DNA of 63,995 nucleotides, filler included, from Octopus bimaculoides (GCF_001194135.2; 9 parts of 9 records of this genome joined end to end with filler, not necessarily neighbours in it); one strand, 5' to 3'. Shown: positions 39,485-54,146, numbered from the whole stretch's first letter. Notes: generated by a model not told the origin, from the sequence alone. Program-made: numbers and translations.

Positions 39485-40584
39485 NNNNNNNNNNNNNNNN
39501 NNNNNNNNNNNNNNNNNNNNNNNNNNNNTTAATTAATTAANNNNNNNNNNNNNNNNNNNNNNNNNNNNNNNNNNNNNNNNNNNNCATGAAAAAAGACGAA
39601 AAGAGCGAAGGAAAAAACACAAAGAAAAGAAACGTAAAAGAAAAGGGTGACGACGACACAGAGGCGATGAAATAACATTGCCTGGGGCTTGAACTCCCGT
39701 ATAGGTTGTTGGTAAAAATGATGAAGCGGCTCTTATGACATTAAGTGGCCAGCATCCTTAAAACAATGACACAATGGTCACCTCCTCAGCGTTTCACTTT
39801 CAAATCGCTTCGCTCCACCCACCAATCCCGTGTTGCCACCTTTGTTGGTGTTAATCTACCTCCTCCCACGCCTCCCTCGTTTATATAGCTTTTTCTCTTT
39901 TTTTCTTGTTAGTGCTACCCCCTCTCACTTCTCTTACTCTTTTACTCTCTTCCATTTCACTGTCTGTCTGTCTGTCTGTCCGTTTCTCTCTGCGGATCTC
40001 TTTCTCGCTTTCTCACTTTTCATTTGATCGATCTTTATTCTCCCACCCCCACCGCCTTCTTTATGCTTATCTCTACGTGAAATAACACACACACAAACAA
40101 GCACACACACACACACACACACGTGCACACACACACACACATACACACACACATTGGTCTTGGTGACGTGCTGAACCAGTTCTCATCACGTACATACATA
40201 CATTCATACGTACATACATTCATACATACATACACGCATACATGCATACACATGCATACACACGCATAAAAATGCGTACATACACACAGCGCATACACAA
40301 AGATACATACCATACATACACAAGCATACATACACACACGTACATACATACATTCATCATATAGGTAGATGGAAAAGAAAAAATGGCCCCAAGAGGATTT
40401 TCGTCGATTTCGACGCTGAGTGTCAGTTGTCGAAGCCATTCAGGTCTCTGTCTCGTTGAATTAGCGTGTATGTTGTTGAGTATTCCGTATATGTGGTTAG
40501 ACTCACCATTATCTTCAAACAGATTCAGACTCACACAGTCCACGACTATCTCTGCAGTTGAATTGCAGGTATAAACCAATTCTG

Positions 40585-40730
40585 CGGGCTTCCGCACAGT
40601 TTTCACTACCGAATTTCACTCATAAAGCATGGGGCGATCGAAGGCTACGATGAATGGTATTTATCTAAGATGTCACACCGAGAATCGAACCCTAAATCTT
40701 GCGTTTATCAAGCAAACTTTTGAACTGTTT
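40585..40730 (-). mobile_element. SINE family B, diverged
   Basis: ttccgcacagttttcactaccgaatttcactc...aagatgtcacaccgagaatcgaacc; similar to 60838-60965. Confidence 0.6.
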
Positions 40731-40787
40731 GAATATTTGTGTTGATATAGGCAGCAATAAACGCGCGCGCGCGCATATATACATCTG

Positions 40788-40846
<59 letters not shown>

Positions 40847-41296
40847 ACACACCTACACACATGTACACATATGCACAACATTCACCTGTGTGTGAGTTAT
40901 GTTATTCCTCTCTTTCCTTTCTTCTTTCTCCTTTTCAATCCTTTCCTCTCTGTCTCTCTCTCTCTCTGTCTGTTTCTCTCTGTCTGTTTCTCTCTGTCTC
41001 TCTGTCTGTTTCTCTCTCTCTGTCTGTTTCTCTCTGTCTCTCTGTCTGTTTCTCTCTGTCTCTCCCAATCTATCCTTCTCTACCAAACATTTTCCAATGC
41101 AACTCCAGCTGAATGAGGTCGTATTATGTAGAAATGTCCGCGTATCAAAGACTACAATTAATGGCGGCGTCCCCTGTCGAAGGTTGACAAATCACACGCT
41201 TGATTGGGTCTCGACTGAAGAACCACTTAAACAGAGAGGAAGGGGGTGACACGAGTGGAGGTGGAGTAGTGAGATAAGTCGTGCATACACACAGAT

Positions 41297-41361
<65 letters not shown>

Positions 41362-41685
41362 ATAGAACCCTTATATATATGTAGATAGACGTATAGACAT
41401 GTAACAAGCTAGCTAGGTGTATAGATTAACACATCGTACAACGAAGTATCTTATAAAGATTTCTCAGATAGAATGATAATAAATGATATATTAAAAAGAA
41501 ATCTTTTGGCCAAGTCTACCAAAAATGCAGGCAAACGAGGAGCTTAGTGCGGTTTAAATTATTAAGTTTTATCTTGTCTAATTGAATGAAGGAACTACTA
41601 AAGGTATTATATAAGGTATTTGGATGAGGATATATATGCTCATAGCTATTTAGACAACAGAGACAAATAAACCTTCCTACATACA

Positions 41686-41721
<36 letters not shown>

Positions 41722-42094
41722 CATATCTATATTATCAAAGAACACAAACAGGGTTTAAAATTCGTTACAGCTCTTTCGGTAGAATCTTATTAATGTATGC
41801 ACAGATTGTATCATAGCATAAATCCACCATCTTCAGGTAAACTTTGAAGCAGGTATAGACAGGTGAGGTAAATGATGTCAAACACAAGGACATCAGTCAA
41901 GCTTTCCAGCCCCGTATGCGAGCAACAACAACATCCTAAATGACTCGCACACGGGCTTCATTTGTCTCTCTCGTCTCTTAGACTGGAAGATCCGTCACCA
42001 CACCGTTGTATTGTCAAGACCAGCGTTCAGATCCTGGCAACTTTGATAAACCCTCAAGTTTACGGTTCCAACACTTTGTTCCTTTGTTCATTAA

Positions 42095-42275
42095 CGAATA
42101 ACGTATTTCGTCTGTCTTTACTTTCTGAGTTCAAATTCCGCCGAGGTCGACTTTACCTTTCATCCTTTCGGGGTCGATAATTAAGTAGCAGTTGTGTACT
42201 GGGGTCGAGGTAATCGACTCACCCGCCCCCATTCCCGCCAGATGTCAGGCCTTCTTCTTATAGTGGAAAGGATTA
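42095..42275 (+). mobile_element. SINE family A
   Basis: ctgagttcaaattccgccgaggtcgactttacctttcatcctttcggggtcgataattaag. Confidence 0.85.
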
Positions 42276-42680
42276 TTGTTGTTGGAGTTGTTGTAAATAT
42301 GGTGCAGCTGGCTGTGACATTGTTGTTGCTATGAATATGGTCTGTGTTAGCAATGATTGCGTTCTGTGTTCAAATCCTACCTTAAGAGGTCTTCAATTGA
42401 AACATCAATTTTAATTCTGGAATCGATTTCTCTCTTACTTTCTGAAAGATAACAACTTCAGTCAGACGTGACGAATGGATTCTGACAGGTTTAACGACTC
42501 CAAGACATGCCATTTGTTATGATGGTGTCCCTGAGCCTCGCAACCCAAAGAAAAGCAAAGCGACACTATGCTGTTGCTATTGTTGTTGGTGTTGAGCCTC
42601 AATGAAGTCAGCCTCAATGAAGATAAACGTACGACCATTGCTGGCCTTTTATATATTTAGGACTTCATTAAACGGTCTAA

Positions 42681-42774
<94 letters not shown>

Positions 42775-44309
42775 CAAACAATATATGAGTATATGCATAT
42801 ATATGTACATGTATGTATATACCTTCATCCACATGTACATATAGATACATAACTGGGTACATGACGTGGCAAAAGAACATGGACAAAATGGTAAACAAGG
42901 TGCAACAAACAAGCAGGCCACATAGAAATATCCCCTTCATCAGCTGCCACCATTAAAACCCCGACGTTTCGAAATATATGTTATTGAAGATAGTACGGCG
43001 TGGTTTGTAGAATTGGCTGCTCTTTCTAGCAAGTCTAGCGACCAGGTGGTATCTCCCTCGATGCTACTGTTGTCAACGGTGCTGGAAGTGTTGGCATTGT
43101 TGACGACAATCCTTCTACCCGCGAGATGGCGCTTTAATTGACATTTAAACCAAACAAACCAAATCCAGATTCAATACAAACCGGAAGAAATTAGAAACTA
43201 AATACATCGACATTATTTTGGGACCGTCGTCTCTAAAAGTCACCTCTCACCCGTGGCACACTCGTCACACCACTACCCGTTCCTTCCACGACCACGACCA
43301 CCACCACCATCACCCTTCTCTATCCTTTTCCACCCTCTCCACCTTCTTTCTCTCTATTCTCCTCACTTATTAACAACTACGACAGAGTTAGNNNNNNNNN
43401 NNNNNNNNNNNNNNNNNNNNNNNNNNNNNNNNNNNNNNNNNNNNNNNNNNNNNNNNNNNNNNNNNNNNNNNNNNNNNNNNNNNNNNNNNNNNNNNNNNNN
43501 NNNNNNNNNNNNNNNNNNNNNNNNNNNNNNNNNNNNNNNNNNNNNNNNNNNNNNNNNNNNNNNNNNNNNNNNNNNNNNNNNNNNNNNNNNNNNNNNNNNN
43601 NNNNNNNNNNNNNNNNNNNNNNNNNNNNNNNNNNNNNNNNNNNNNNNNNNNNNNNNNNNNNNNNNNNNNNNNNNNNNNNNNNNNNNNNNNNNNNNNNNNN
43701 NNNNNNNNNNNNNNNNNNNNNNNNNNNNNNNNNNNNNNNNNNNNNNNNNNNNNNNNNNNNNNNNNNNNNNNNNNNNNNNNNNNNNNNNNNNNNNNNNNNN
43801 NNNNNNNNNNNNNNNNNNNNNNNNNNNNNNNNNNNNNNNNNNNNNNNNNNNNNNNNNNNNNNNNNNNNNNNNNNNNNNNNNNNNNNNNNNNNNNNTATGT
43901 ATGTGTGTGTATATATTTGTGTGTCTGTGTTTGTCCCCCCGCCTCCACACACACACACACACACGCACATGCTCTCTCTGTCGCTTTCACACACACATAC
44001 ACGAACAAATACACACACACGCAGAAATACACACATTCTCTCATCTCACTCACTCACTCTCTTTCTCCCCCCTCTCTCTCTCTCTCTATCTCCCTCATCC
44101 CCACCGTCAACCCCTACCTGATCCCTGTCACCCGACGTTTCCTTTTTGCTGTGCATACTTTCAATTAAATTAGCGTCACAATACCCGGGTCTACCCGACT
44201 CTCAATACCCTCCCCACCCCTCCACTGTTTGCTGTAACTTGTTATGCACTCTCGGATGGTATGGCCTCGCCGTGGTCGTCGTGGCCGTCGCCTTATTGAA
44301 ACCTCGCGA

Positions 44310-44346
<37 letters not shown>

Positions 44347-45513
44347 GGTGTTCATCCCACTCCCTTCATAGTCACCTCGGTCAACATGGCCAACAAGGGC
44401 CACTCCTAACCCTACCCCCGGAAAATATCAACACAATTCCATCCTTCAGTCTTCATCACTTTACAATTTCCCTGCTTTCTTAAAACACTGCCGTTTGTTT
44501 TCACAAAACTCTCAATATGTGTATATGGTGTGTATATCTGTGTGTGTGCGTGTGTGTATACGCACCCATGCATACACACACTCATACTTCTGTGTGTATA
44601 TATATATCTATATGTGCGTATGTGTGTGTGCATATCTATCTATATCTATATCTATCTATCTATCTATCTATCAACATCTATATATGTATTGTCTATATGG
44701 CTAATATATAATGTATATGTGTATGTATGTATGCATGTATATTTATATATANNNNNNNNNNNNNNNNNNNNNNNNNNNNNNNNNNNNNNNNNNNNTTAAT
44801 TAATTAANNNNNNNNNNNNNNNNNNNNNNNNNNNNNNNNNNNNNNNNNNNNATATATATATATATATATATATAAATAATGTTGTTTCTATATTACTGTT
44901 TAACCAATAAATATTAATACATACGCATGCACATATATAAATATCAAATGAAACACACTTGTATGCACATATGTAAATGAACATCAATAGCTTAATACTA
45001 TGTTTCTTTCTTACGTACATACAACCACGCACGCACATTCATGCGCACAATTATAGACACGTAAATATAGACAAAAATCAGCTCCAAAAAACAACAACAT
45101 TATTATTCGATCCAATACACCGATAATTCACCCGCCATCATAAGATAACTGTGTATGTGTGTTCTAAGTTATCAACTGTGTCTTTATTCGAAACCAATCA
45201 AAACCGTTTATGTTTGCTTGGCTTTATCTCCTTATTTCTTTTTTAAATCTCCAACGAATCTCTAAGAGACATTTGTCATTTCATAACTATGAATATAAAT
45301 TTTCTATCTATTTTTTTACGCTTCATATAATCTCACCATCTTTGATTTCTCTCTGTTTATTTCATAGTGTTTTACATCTTCTATTTATGTTTCCATTCTT
45401 TAGTGTTCAATGTAGACAATATATTCCTAAAATTAATGAACTATTTAATTTATTACAAGTAAAAATCGATAGGAAAAATAAATAATTCCAAACATTGAAG
45501 TGAACATTAACTT

Positions 45514-45548
<35 letters not shown>

Positions 45549-46201
45549 TTATATATNNNNNNNNNNNNNNNNNNNNNNNNNNNNNNNNNNNNNNNNNNNN
45601 NNNNNNNNNNNNNNNNNNNNNNNNNNNNNNNNNNNNNNNNNNNNNNNNNNNNNNNNNNNNNNNNNNNNNNNNNNNNNNNNNNNNNNNNNNNNNNNNNNNN
45701 NNNNNNNNNNNNNNNNNNNNNNNNNNNNNNNNNNNNNNNNNNNNNNNNNNNNNNNNNNNNNNNNNNNNNNNNNNNNNNNNNNNNNNNNNNNNNNNNNNNN
45801 NNNNNNNNNNNNNNNNNNNNNNNNNNNNNNNNNNNNNNNNNNNNNNNNNNNNNNNNNNNNNNNNNNNNNNNNNNNNNNNNNNNNNNNNNNNNNNNNNNNN
45901 NNNNNNNNNNNNNNNNNNNNNNNNNNNNNNNNNNNNNNNNNNNNNNNNNNNNNNNNNNNNNNNNNNNNNNNNNNNNNNNNNNNNNNNNNNNNNNNNNNNN
46001 NNNNNNNNNNNNNNNNNNNNNNNNNNNNNNNNNNNNNNNNNNNNNNNNNNNNNNNNNNNNNNNNNNNNNNNNNNNNNNNNNNNNNNNNNNNNNNNNNNNN
46101 NNNNNNNNNNNNNNNNNNNNNNNNNNNNNNNNNNNNNNNNNNNNNNNNNNNNNNNNNNNNNNAAATAGATAGCTATATGTATGCATTTGTAGTTATATGC
46201 G

Positions 46202-46237
<36 letters not shown>

Positions 46238-46437
46238 CAACACACTAAACTTCCACAGCCTCGTTGTTCAATATAGGTTTTTCGCTTTCTTGAGCACTGA
46301 CTTCATATTGTTATGAACTGCGTAATAATTTTAGCTTGCAACAATAAAATTACAAGAACAACACAAGCAACAGCAACAACAACAACAGCACCAGCAATAA
46401 CAAAAAACAACACTAATAATGCTAAAAATAATAATGA

Positions 46438-46493
<56 letters not shown>

Positions 46494-46512
46494 TAATAAT
46501 AATAATAATAAT

Positions 46513-46935
46513 AGGAACGTTAAAATAAACATGCAAAGAAGTGCTTAACCAGAACCCCATGACTTCTGAATATAACAGTCCCAGCAGATAAGGATTCATC
46601 TTTGAAAGAACTGGAGAAAGTATCCAAATATAGATCTGGAAGTAGAGATCACCCAAATGAGGGTCCCGAATACTGAAACAACCCTTATAATAAATAAATG
46701 ATGCAGCCAAAAACTAAACCAAAAGCCTATGGATTACGAATACAAGTACGTATATATATATATATATATATATATAGCAGACAGAAAATAGCACTGTTGG
46801 AGACTGCACACATCCTACTTGGATCACTTTGTGTACCGGAGAAAACAACAACAGCAAGGCAAATCCCAGAATATACCCAGGACATACAGACAAGCGTTCG
46901 GTAGTGCAATGATAACACGTAAAAATTAGACGAGT
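46513..46935 (+). mobile_element. R4/Dong-like 3' fragment interrupted by (TA)n
   Basis: EKVSKYR.LEVEITQM; QKIALLETAHIL; starts immediately after (TAA)n. Confidence 0.75.
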
Positions 46936-47260
46936 CAATAATGATAATATAAGCACAAGGACAGAATTTTTTTTTACGGAAGGGAAAATGGATTATCTGA
47001 ACTACAATGTTCTGGTGGTCTTTCCTTTATCGACTGCAGAAGGGCGATAAGTAAAAATCGCTTTTGGTGGGATTTGAACACGGAACCTATTTAACGTTAT
47101 TGTACATTGCGAGATACTTCGTTGTTCGCCCTTTTGAATTTTGACATTCCCCTGCCAAACCGTAGTAATAATAAAAGGATTACTATTTATTATTATTATT
47201 ATTATCATTATTGAAACGTGGCTCCTTATATATAATAGTGTTTCAGAAAATAATAATAAC

Positions 47261-47344
<84 letters not shown>

Positions 47345-47436
47345 CACTTTGATGGCATGCCCTGCTCTCTCACTCAATAATAATAATAATAATAATAATA
47401 ATTATCACTTTGATGGCATGCACTGCTCTCTCACTC

Positions 47437-47506
<70 letters not shown>

Positions 47507-47809
47507 TTCATAGCGTCCACTTTCTTCATTGCCAGCAACCTGTGCATTATCCACTTCAATTCATCTTAGCCGTTCTCTTTATGCTTTTTCTTTCTGTATA
47601 GTAGCAACAACAATAACAATAATATGGTAGAGATAGTTAAAATATATGACACCAAATACCATATATCTTAAAAGTTTTTAAAGCCCTTTGATCGCTAAAA
47701 TTAATTTCACTGAATCATAGACGGTGTAAAATACAGAAGTTGCTTAGGACTGTCAGTCAATAGCAAGTTCAGGAAACTGCAATCAAGTTAGGCTCTGCAA
47801 AGTGTATAT

Positions 47810-47849
<40 letters not shown>

Positions 47850-48944
47850 NNNNNNNNNNNNNNNNNNNNNNNNNNNNNNNNNNNNNNNNNNNNNNNNNNN
47901 NNNNNNNNNNNNNNNNNNNNNNNNNNNNNNNNNNNNNNNNNNNNNNNNNNNNNNNNNNNNNNNNNNNNNNNNNNNNNNNNNNNNNNNNNNNNNNNNNNNN
48001 NNNNNATATATAACCTATCCTTCATTTCATTGAGGTTTCTTTTCATCAGTACATCGAAAAATACAATGACGGCTACGCTTTACTGACGAGTTTATAAGAG
48101 GAAGATATATATTCTTAGTTGTCTTCTTTACATGAAAATCAAACCAAACAATGGCTTATATTATTCATTCCTGACATAGTCTGTATTTCGAGAACATATT
48201 TTCATAATCTCTGCATTAATTACAACACTGATATATGTTGTGATGTCGCACTGTTAAGTGTGAATGAAGTTAAAACGTTAATACGTTTCATTTCCAAATA
48301 GCGTATTACTAATAATTCATTGATATTTGTTAGTAAATACTAGAAAATGTCAAAGATCGGATTTTATTCTAGAAACATTGATAATGAGGTATTAAAAACA
48401 AGTAGCTTTGCACCTTCTTCGCTATTAAACGAAACATCATCCAAGTCTTTGCTGTTGACTGTAACATCGCTTCAGGAAACATAAGTATATACAATCCCTG
48501 CTTAATTCATGGATACAATGTCTGAGCATATATACATACAATTGTATATACATATAGACAGACAATTGTACGTGTGTTTAGGCGCGCGCGTTTATGTGTG
48601 TGTTTGTTTGTTTATGTCCAGTTATAATAAAAACAGTTCTACATTAATCTGATGGGTTACTCTATACATTTGTGGTGTACAAATATATTATCCTCAAAAC
48701 AGAATATTATCGACAATGACTTCAAAAGCTGTATCATTCGAACCATCATCGTTTGCCATCAAGAATAATATTTGCTTGTGAGTGTTTGTGTGTGTATGTA
48801 TGCATGCATGCATGTATTTATATTTGTGTATTTACGTGTGTATGCATGGATTAATGTATTTATGCCAAGATATACATAGACGTTGGTGTGTAGCTAGGTG
48901 GGTATGCATGCATGCTTGTAGGTATGTTGTTTCTCAGCTTTATT

Positions 48945-49180
48945 TCGGGGCGGCGAGCTGGCAAAAATGTTAGCACCCCGGGCGAAATGCTTAGCGGTAT
49001 TTCGTCTGCCGTTACGTTCTGAGTTCAAATTCTTCCGAGGTCGACTTTGCCTTTCATCCTTTCGGGGTCGATTAAATAAGTACCAGTTACGTACTGGGGT
49101 CATGTAATCGACTTAAACCCTTTGTTTCTCCTTGTTTGTCCCCTCTATGTTTAGCCCCCTGTGGGCAATACAGAAATATT
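48945..49180 (+). mobile_element. SINE family A, near-intact, with distinct tail
   Basis: ggcggcgagctggcaaaaatgttagc...gtcgattaaataagtaccag...tgtttgtcccctctatgtttagccccctgtgggcaat; same tail at ~63735-63780 (-). Confidence 0.9.
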
Positions 49181-50214
49181 TATTTCAGGATTTCTTTCCA
49201 ATAGGGAACGAGCTTGCTCCCATCCAAGATCCAAGGCTCCTTCATTGAAATTTCAACATCAATAAGTTTTGTATGTACGCTTGCGTGTATGTATGCATGT
49301 ATATATGTTTTACTTTGTGTATTTCTTGTGTATATACCTGCTTATCTAGACATGGTCATATATACTTAAATGATAAACTTCTGNNNNNNNNNNNNNNNNN
49401 NNNNNNNNNNNNNNNNNNNNNNNNNNNNNNNNNNNNNNNNNNNNNNNNNNNNNNNNNNNNNNNNNNNNNNNNNNNNNNNNNNNNNNNNNNNNNNNNNNNN
49501 NNNNNNNNNNNNNNNNNNNNNNNNNNNNNNNNNNNNNNNNNNNNNNNNNNNNNNNNNNNNNNNNNNNNNNNNNNNNNNNNNNNNNNNNNNNNNNNNNNNN
49601 NNNNNNNNNNNNNNNNNNNNNNNNNNNNNNNNNNNNNNNNNNNNNNNNNNNNNNNNNNNNNNNNNNNNNNNNNNNNNNNNNNNNNNNNNNNNNNNNNNNN
49701 NNNNNNNNNNNNNNNNNNNNNNNNNNNNNNNNNNNNNNNNNNNNNNNNNNNNNNNNNNNNNNNNNNNNNNNNNNNNNNNNNNNNNNNNNNNNNNNNNNNN
49801 NNNNNNNNNNNNNNNNNNNNNNNNNNNNNNNNNNNNNNNNNNNNNNNNNNNNNNNNNNNNNNNNNNNNNNNNNNNNNNNNNNNNNNNNNNNNNNNNNNNN
49901 NNNNNNNNNNNNNNNNNNNNNNNNNNNNNNNNNNNNNNNNNNNNNNNNNNNNNNNNNNNNNNNNNNNNNNNNNNNNNNNNNNNNNNNNNNNNNNNNNNNN
50001 NNNNNNNNNNNNNNNNNNNNNNNNNNNNNNNNNNNNNNNNNNNNNNNNNNNNNNNNNNNNNNNNNNNNTATATATATATACGTATGTATGTATAACATTA
50101 CTTATGTATGAGTGAATGTATGCGTGTTCACGTGCATGAGTGTGCGGAAATATATGTATTTATATCATGAAGACAATACTGGAACTGAAGTTAACAAAGG
50201 CTTGCTGGTTTCTG

Positions 50215-50756
50215 AGGTCGCCATCTTCATCTCAATCATCATCATGAAAATCACCTCCATGTGCATCATTTGAAGTATTGACTTCGTCATCATTATCGTC
50301 GTCGTCGTCATCGTCATCATCATCATCATCATCACTGTCATCATCACCACCATTACCATCAACATCATATTATTATTACTGTCCTCATTTAATGCCCCTC
50401 TGACAACTATAAGAAATCATGATCATCATCATTATTATCATCATCATCATTATCATCGTCAACGTCATCATCATCGTCATCATCATCATCATCATCATTA
50501 TCATTATTATTATTTTCGTTATTATTATTATTATTATTATTGTCATCATCACCATGCTATTATCATCACCATTACTATTATTATTATTATTAATTATTAT
50601 CATAACATTTTTATCATCATTATCGTAATAACCACCACCATCATCATCATTCTCATCATTATCACCATCATCATCATCATCGACGTCATGAACATCACCA
50701 CCACATCTCCACCACTATCATCATCATCATCATCATCATCATTCTCGTCATCATCC

Positions 50757-50787
<31 letters not shown>

Positions 50788-50855
50788 CATCATCATCCTC
50801 CTCATCATCATCATCGTCATCACCATCTTATCTTAATCGTCGTCATCGTCATTAC
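50215..50855. repeat. Compound (CAT)n/(TAT)n/(CGT)n trinucleotide tract
   Basis: Direct reading; source of the poly-I/M/S ORFs. Confidence 0.9.
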
Positions 50856-51107
50856 TATGTCAGTGAGTCAAGCTCAATCAGTTAAAAAAAAAAAAACTGG
50901 GTTGTTTCATTAGTGATATCTGCAATTCCATGCCTCGCCGTTAACTCTTGATATCTCTTCGACAAATCATTATTGTAAAATGGCTACCCATGTGATATAT
51001 CTTCGGCTGAATCGAAACAATATTCAGAGCTCTAACGTTGGTCTTTCTTTTTTTTCCTAAAGAAATAATTACAATCATTCTTGAAGCCTTCTGCCTATGT
51101 TAGGAAT

Positions 51108-51177
<70 letters not shown>

Positions 51178-51211
51178 CATTGCGATGACTGATTGCCGCT
51201 TTCATTATTAT

Positions 51212-51438
51212 AACGTGATGTTTTGACAGAATCGTTAAACTGTCGGAAAAAAAGTACCTTGCGGTATTTGTTCCAGCTCCTTTACGTCCTGCGCTCAAAT
51301 TCTGCCGCAGTCGACTTCACCTTTCTTGCTTTTGAGGTCAACAAAATAAGTACCAGTAGAGTACTTGTTGTCAATATAATCGACGTGGTCCTTCCCAACC
51401 AAATTTTAGGCCTTGAGCCTATACCAGATGTGATCATG

Positions 51439-51501
<63 letters not shown>

Positions 51502-52810
51502 GTTATCAATATTATTGTTATCCTTATTATCACATATAATAGTGTTTTATTTTCATTATTTTCATGTAAAACATAGATAAGGATTGATAGAATCGTTAGA
51601 GTGCTTGGGAAATACCTTACAATATCCTTTCGGGCCCTTTACGTTAATTTCAGATCCCGCCCGATTAAACTTTGCTCTTCATTCCTTCTGAGTCTATAAA
51701 ATAAAGTACTAGTCAGAAACTAGGGTCTGTAGTATCAACTAGTCGCCCCCTTCAAAAATTATTGGCCTCCAGCCTACATTAGAAGCAATTGTTATTTTCA
51801 TCATAATCATTTTAAACGCAAAATTGTATTATATTAAGGCGGTGAGCTGGCAGAATCGTTAGCACGCCGGACTAAATGCTTAACGGCATTTCGTTCGTCT
51901 TTAATTTCTGAGTTCAAATTCCGCCGAGGTCGACTTTACCCTTCATCTTTTCGGGGTGGACAAAATAAGTACCAGTCGAGCACTGGAGTCGATATAATCG
52001 ACTAAACCCTCCCCGAAATTGCAGGCCTAATGCCAAAATTTGAAAACATTAATTTTATTATCATTATTTTTCTTATTTATTTTATTATTGTTGATGTTAT
52101 TACTATCATTATTCTTTGTTGTTGTTATTATTATTATCATTATTATTATTACCAAGGCGGCGAGCTGGCAGAATCGTTGGCGCGCCGGACGAAATGCTTA
52201 GCGGCATTTCGCCCGTCGCTACGGTCTGAGTTCAAATTCCACCGAGGTCGACTTTGCTCTTTCATCCTTTCAAGGGTCGATAAAATAGGCACCAGTCGAA
52301 CACTGGGAGTTGATGTAATCGACTCAACCGTTCTCCGAAAATGGCTGCCCTTTGTGGCAAAATTCGAAACCATCATTATTATTATTATAATTATTATAAT
52401 TATTATAATTGTTATTATTATTATTATTACGACTGTGTATGAAAACTGTTTGTATTTTTATCATTATAATATGGAACGTAGCATTGAATTGGCTGAATTG
52501 TTAGAACGTTGAACTAATTCCCTCGAAGCAATTTATCCTGGGTTTTTACGTTCTGAGTTCAATCTGTGCCGATGGCAACTTTGCCTTTCATTTTTTTTTC
52601 AGGTCGATAAACAAAGTACCAGTTAAACACTGGGGTCGATATAATCAACTGAACCCCTCCCTCCAACTTTCTGTCCTTGTGCTTATATTATATATAAATC
52701 TTATAATGTGAATGGTGGTGGAATTGGCAGAAGCTCAAAAGGGACCTTTTGGTATACGTTCTATATTTCCGTTCCCAAATCAAATTATGCCATGGTCAAC
52801 TTGGTTCTTT
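51212..52810 (+). mobile_element. Cluster of six same-strand SINE family A copies
   Basis: Copies at ~51212, ~51585, 51836, 52154, ~52475 and ~52712, separated by (TTA)-rich spacers. Confidence 0.85.
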
Positions 52811-53511
52811 CTGAGCAAATTTAAAACAAGGGCCAATAGAATTTTTTGAAGTTGCTTCAATCGCCCATATCTTCTCTTCTGCGAAACTTTGCCTTCGTGT
52901 ACAACAAATTATTCCAGTACAAAAACAATTTTTCTTCTTTCATGTCATAAACCATTATTCTTTCTAAGCAGCCACTCGCCAAAAAAAAAATTGTTTCTAG
53001 TAATATGTTGCTGTTCAATATTATTAAATTTTCATTTTGTTAAACATTTTTTGCTTTGTTGCTTCAGCTGTGTTTTCCCTTCCAATAAATGTTACACACC
53101 ATCCGCCATTCATCATCGTTTAAGACTATCTACAACTTATATATATATATATACATACATATGTATATATTTGGGGTAGCTACTGATCTCGCATTTGAAA
53201 TGGAAGCCGTGTGAGCGCAAGTTTATAAACCACACAGCCTATACATTTCTCTGTCTACAATGAAATAACAATGTCTGGAACTGTTACCAATTTATAAACA
53301 GTCTTTGGCTAGCTTATAGTTGGGAAGATATATTAATAAAATTGGCAAGCATTTTAAAGATTGACGTTTTCTTGTTTTCATTTCTATTCTATCGTTGGAT
53401 GCTTTTGTTGTTCGTAATTTTATTATATTAACATTATATTGCATTCTTTTTATTCTGAGGCCATTAATGAGCAATCTCATTATTTCTCTCTCTCTCTTTC
53501 TACATATATTA

Positions 53512-53613
<102 letters not shown>

Positions 53614-53779
53614 GCAATATTTACTTCTAATATACGGNNNNNNNNNNNNNNNNNNNNNNNNNNNNNNNNNNNNNNNNNNNNTTAATTAATTAANNNNNNN
53701 NNNNNNNNNNNNNNNNNNNNNNNNNNNNNNNNNNNNNTCACCTTTGTGCAGAGGGCTAGGTCTAGGTCAACCTTCCACT

Positions 53780-54146
53780 CTCACTTGTTCCATCGCGTGC
53801 GAAAATTATTAATGGCACTTAGTTCGCGCCGTTTACACCAATCCCCCCCCCCACACACACACACACACACCAATCTAATAGGATAAAATACCTGTGATGG
53901 CAAGACATTGTGCGATTTGTAAAAATTTCCCTCCACCACCATTACCCGAACTTCGAGCACCTCCTCCGGCGTTTAGTTGTTCAACTAATAAATGCCACTT
54001 GGTAAAAATCACTTCTTCCTCAATGTCAAAGTTTGCAACTTAACGCAAAAAATATTCGAAGATATGTACGACGAAAATAATGGTAGAACCTATTAAGACC
54101 ATTGCAGAGTATTTAATACCCGAGCAACGCCGGGTACTCTTGCTAG
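53780..54146 (+). mobile_element. Helitron 3' end (non-autonomous)
   Basis: CCCGAGCAACGCCGGG hairpin 54119-54134, 8 nt, CTAG 54143-54146, then T; 5' boundary uncertain. Confidence 0.65.

Noticed and set aside
42440-42600. ~50-codon frame RRDEWILTGLTTPRHAICYDGVPEPRNPKK
   Set aside because: Runs into a (TGT)n repeat; no homology recognised.
42925-42975. Minus-strand GAAACGTC ... CTGATGA hammerhead words
   Set aside because: Motifs are in permuted order and the intervening sequence cannot form stem I.
51212-52810. Regularly recurring ~200-bp repeats resembling an array or CRISPR
   Set aside because: Eukaryotic SINE copies with microsatellite spacers; no short identical repeats with unique spacers and no cas genes.
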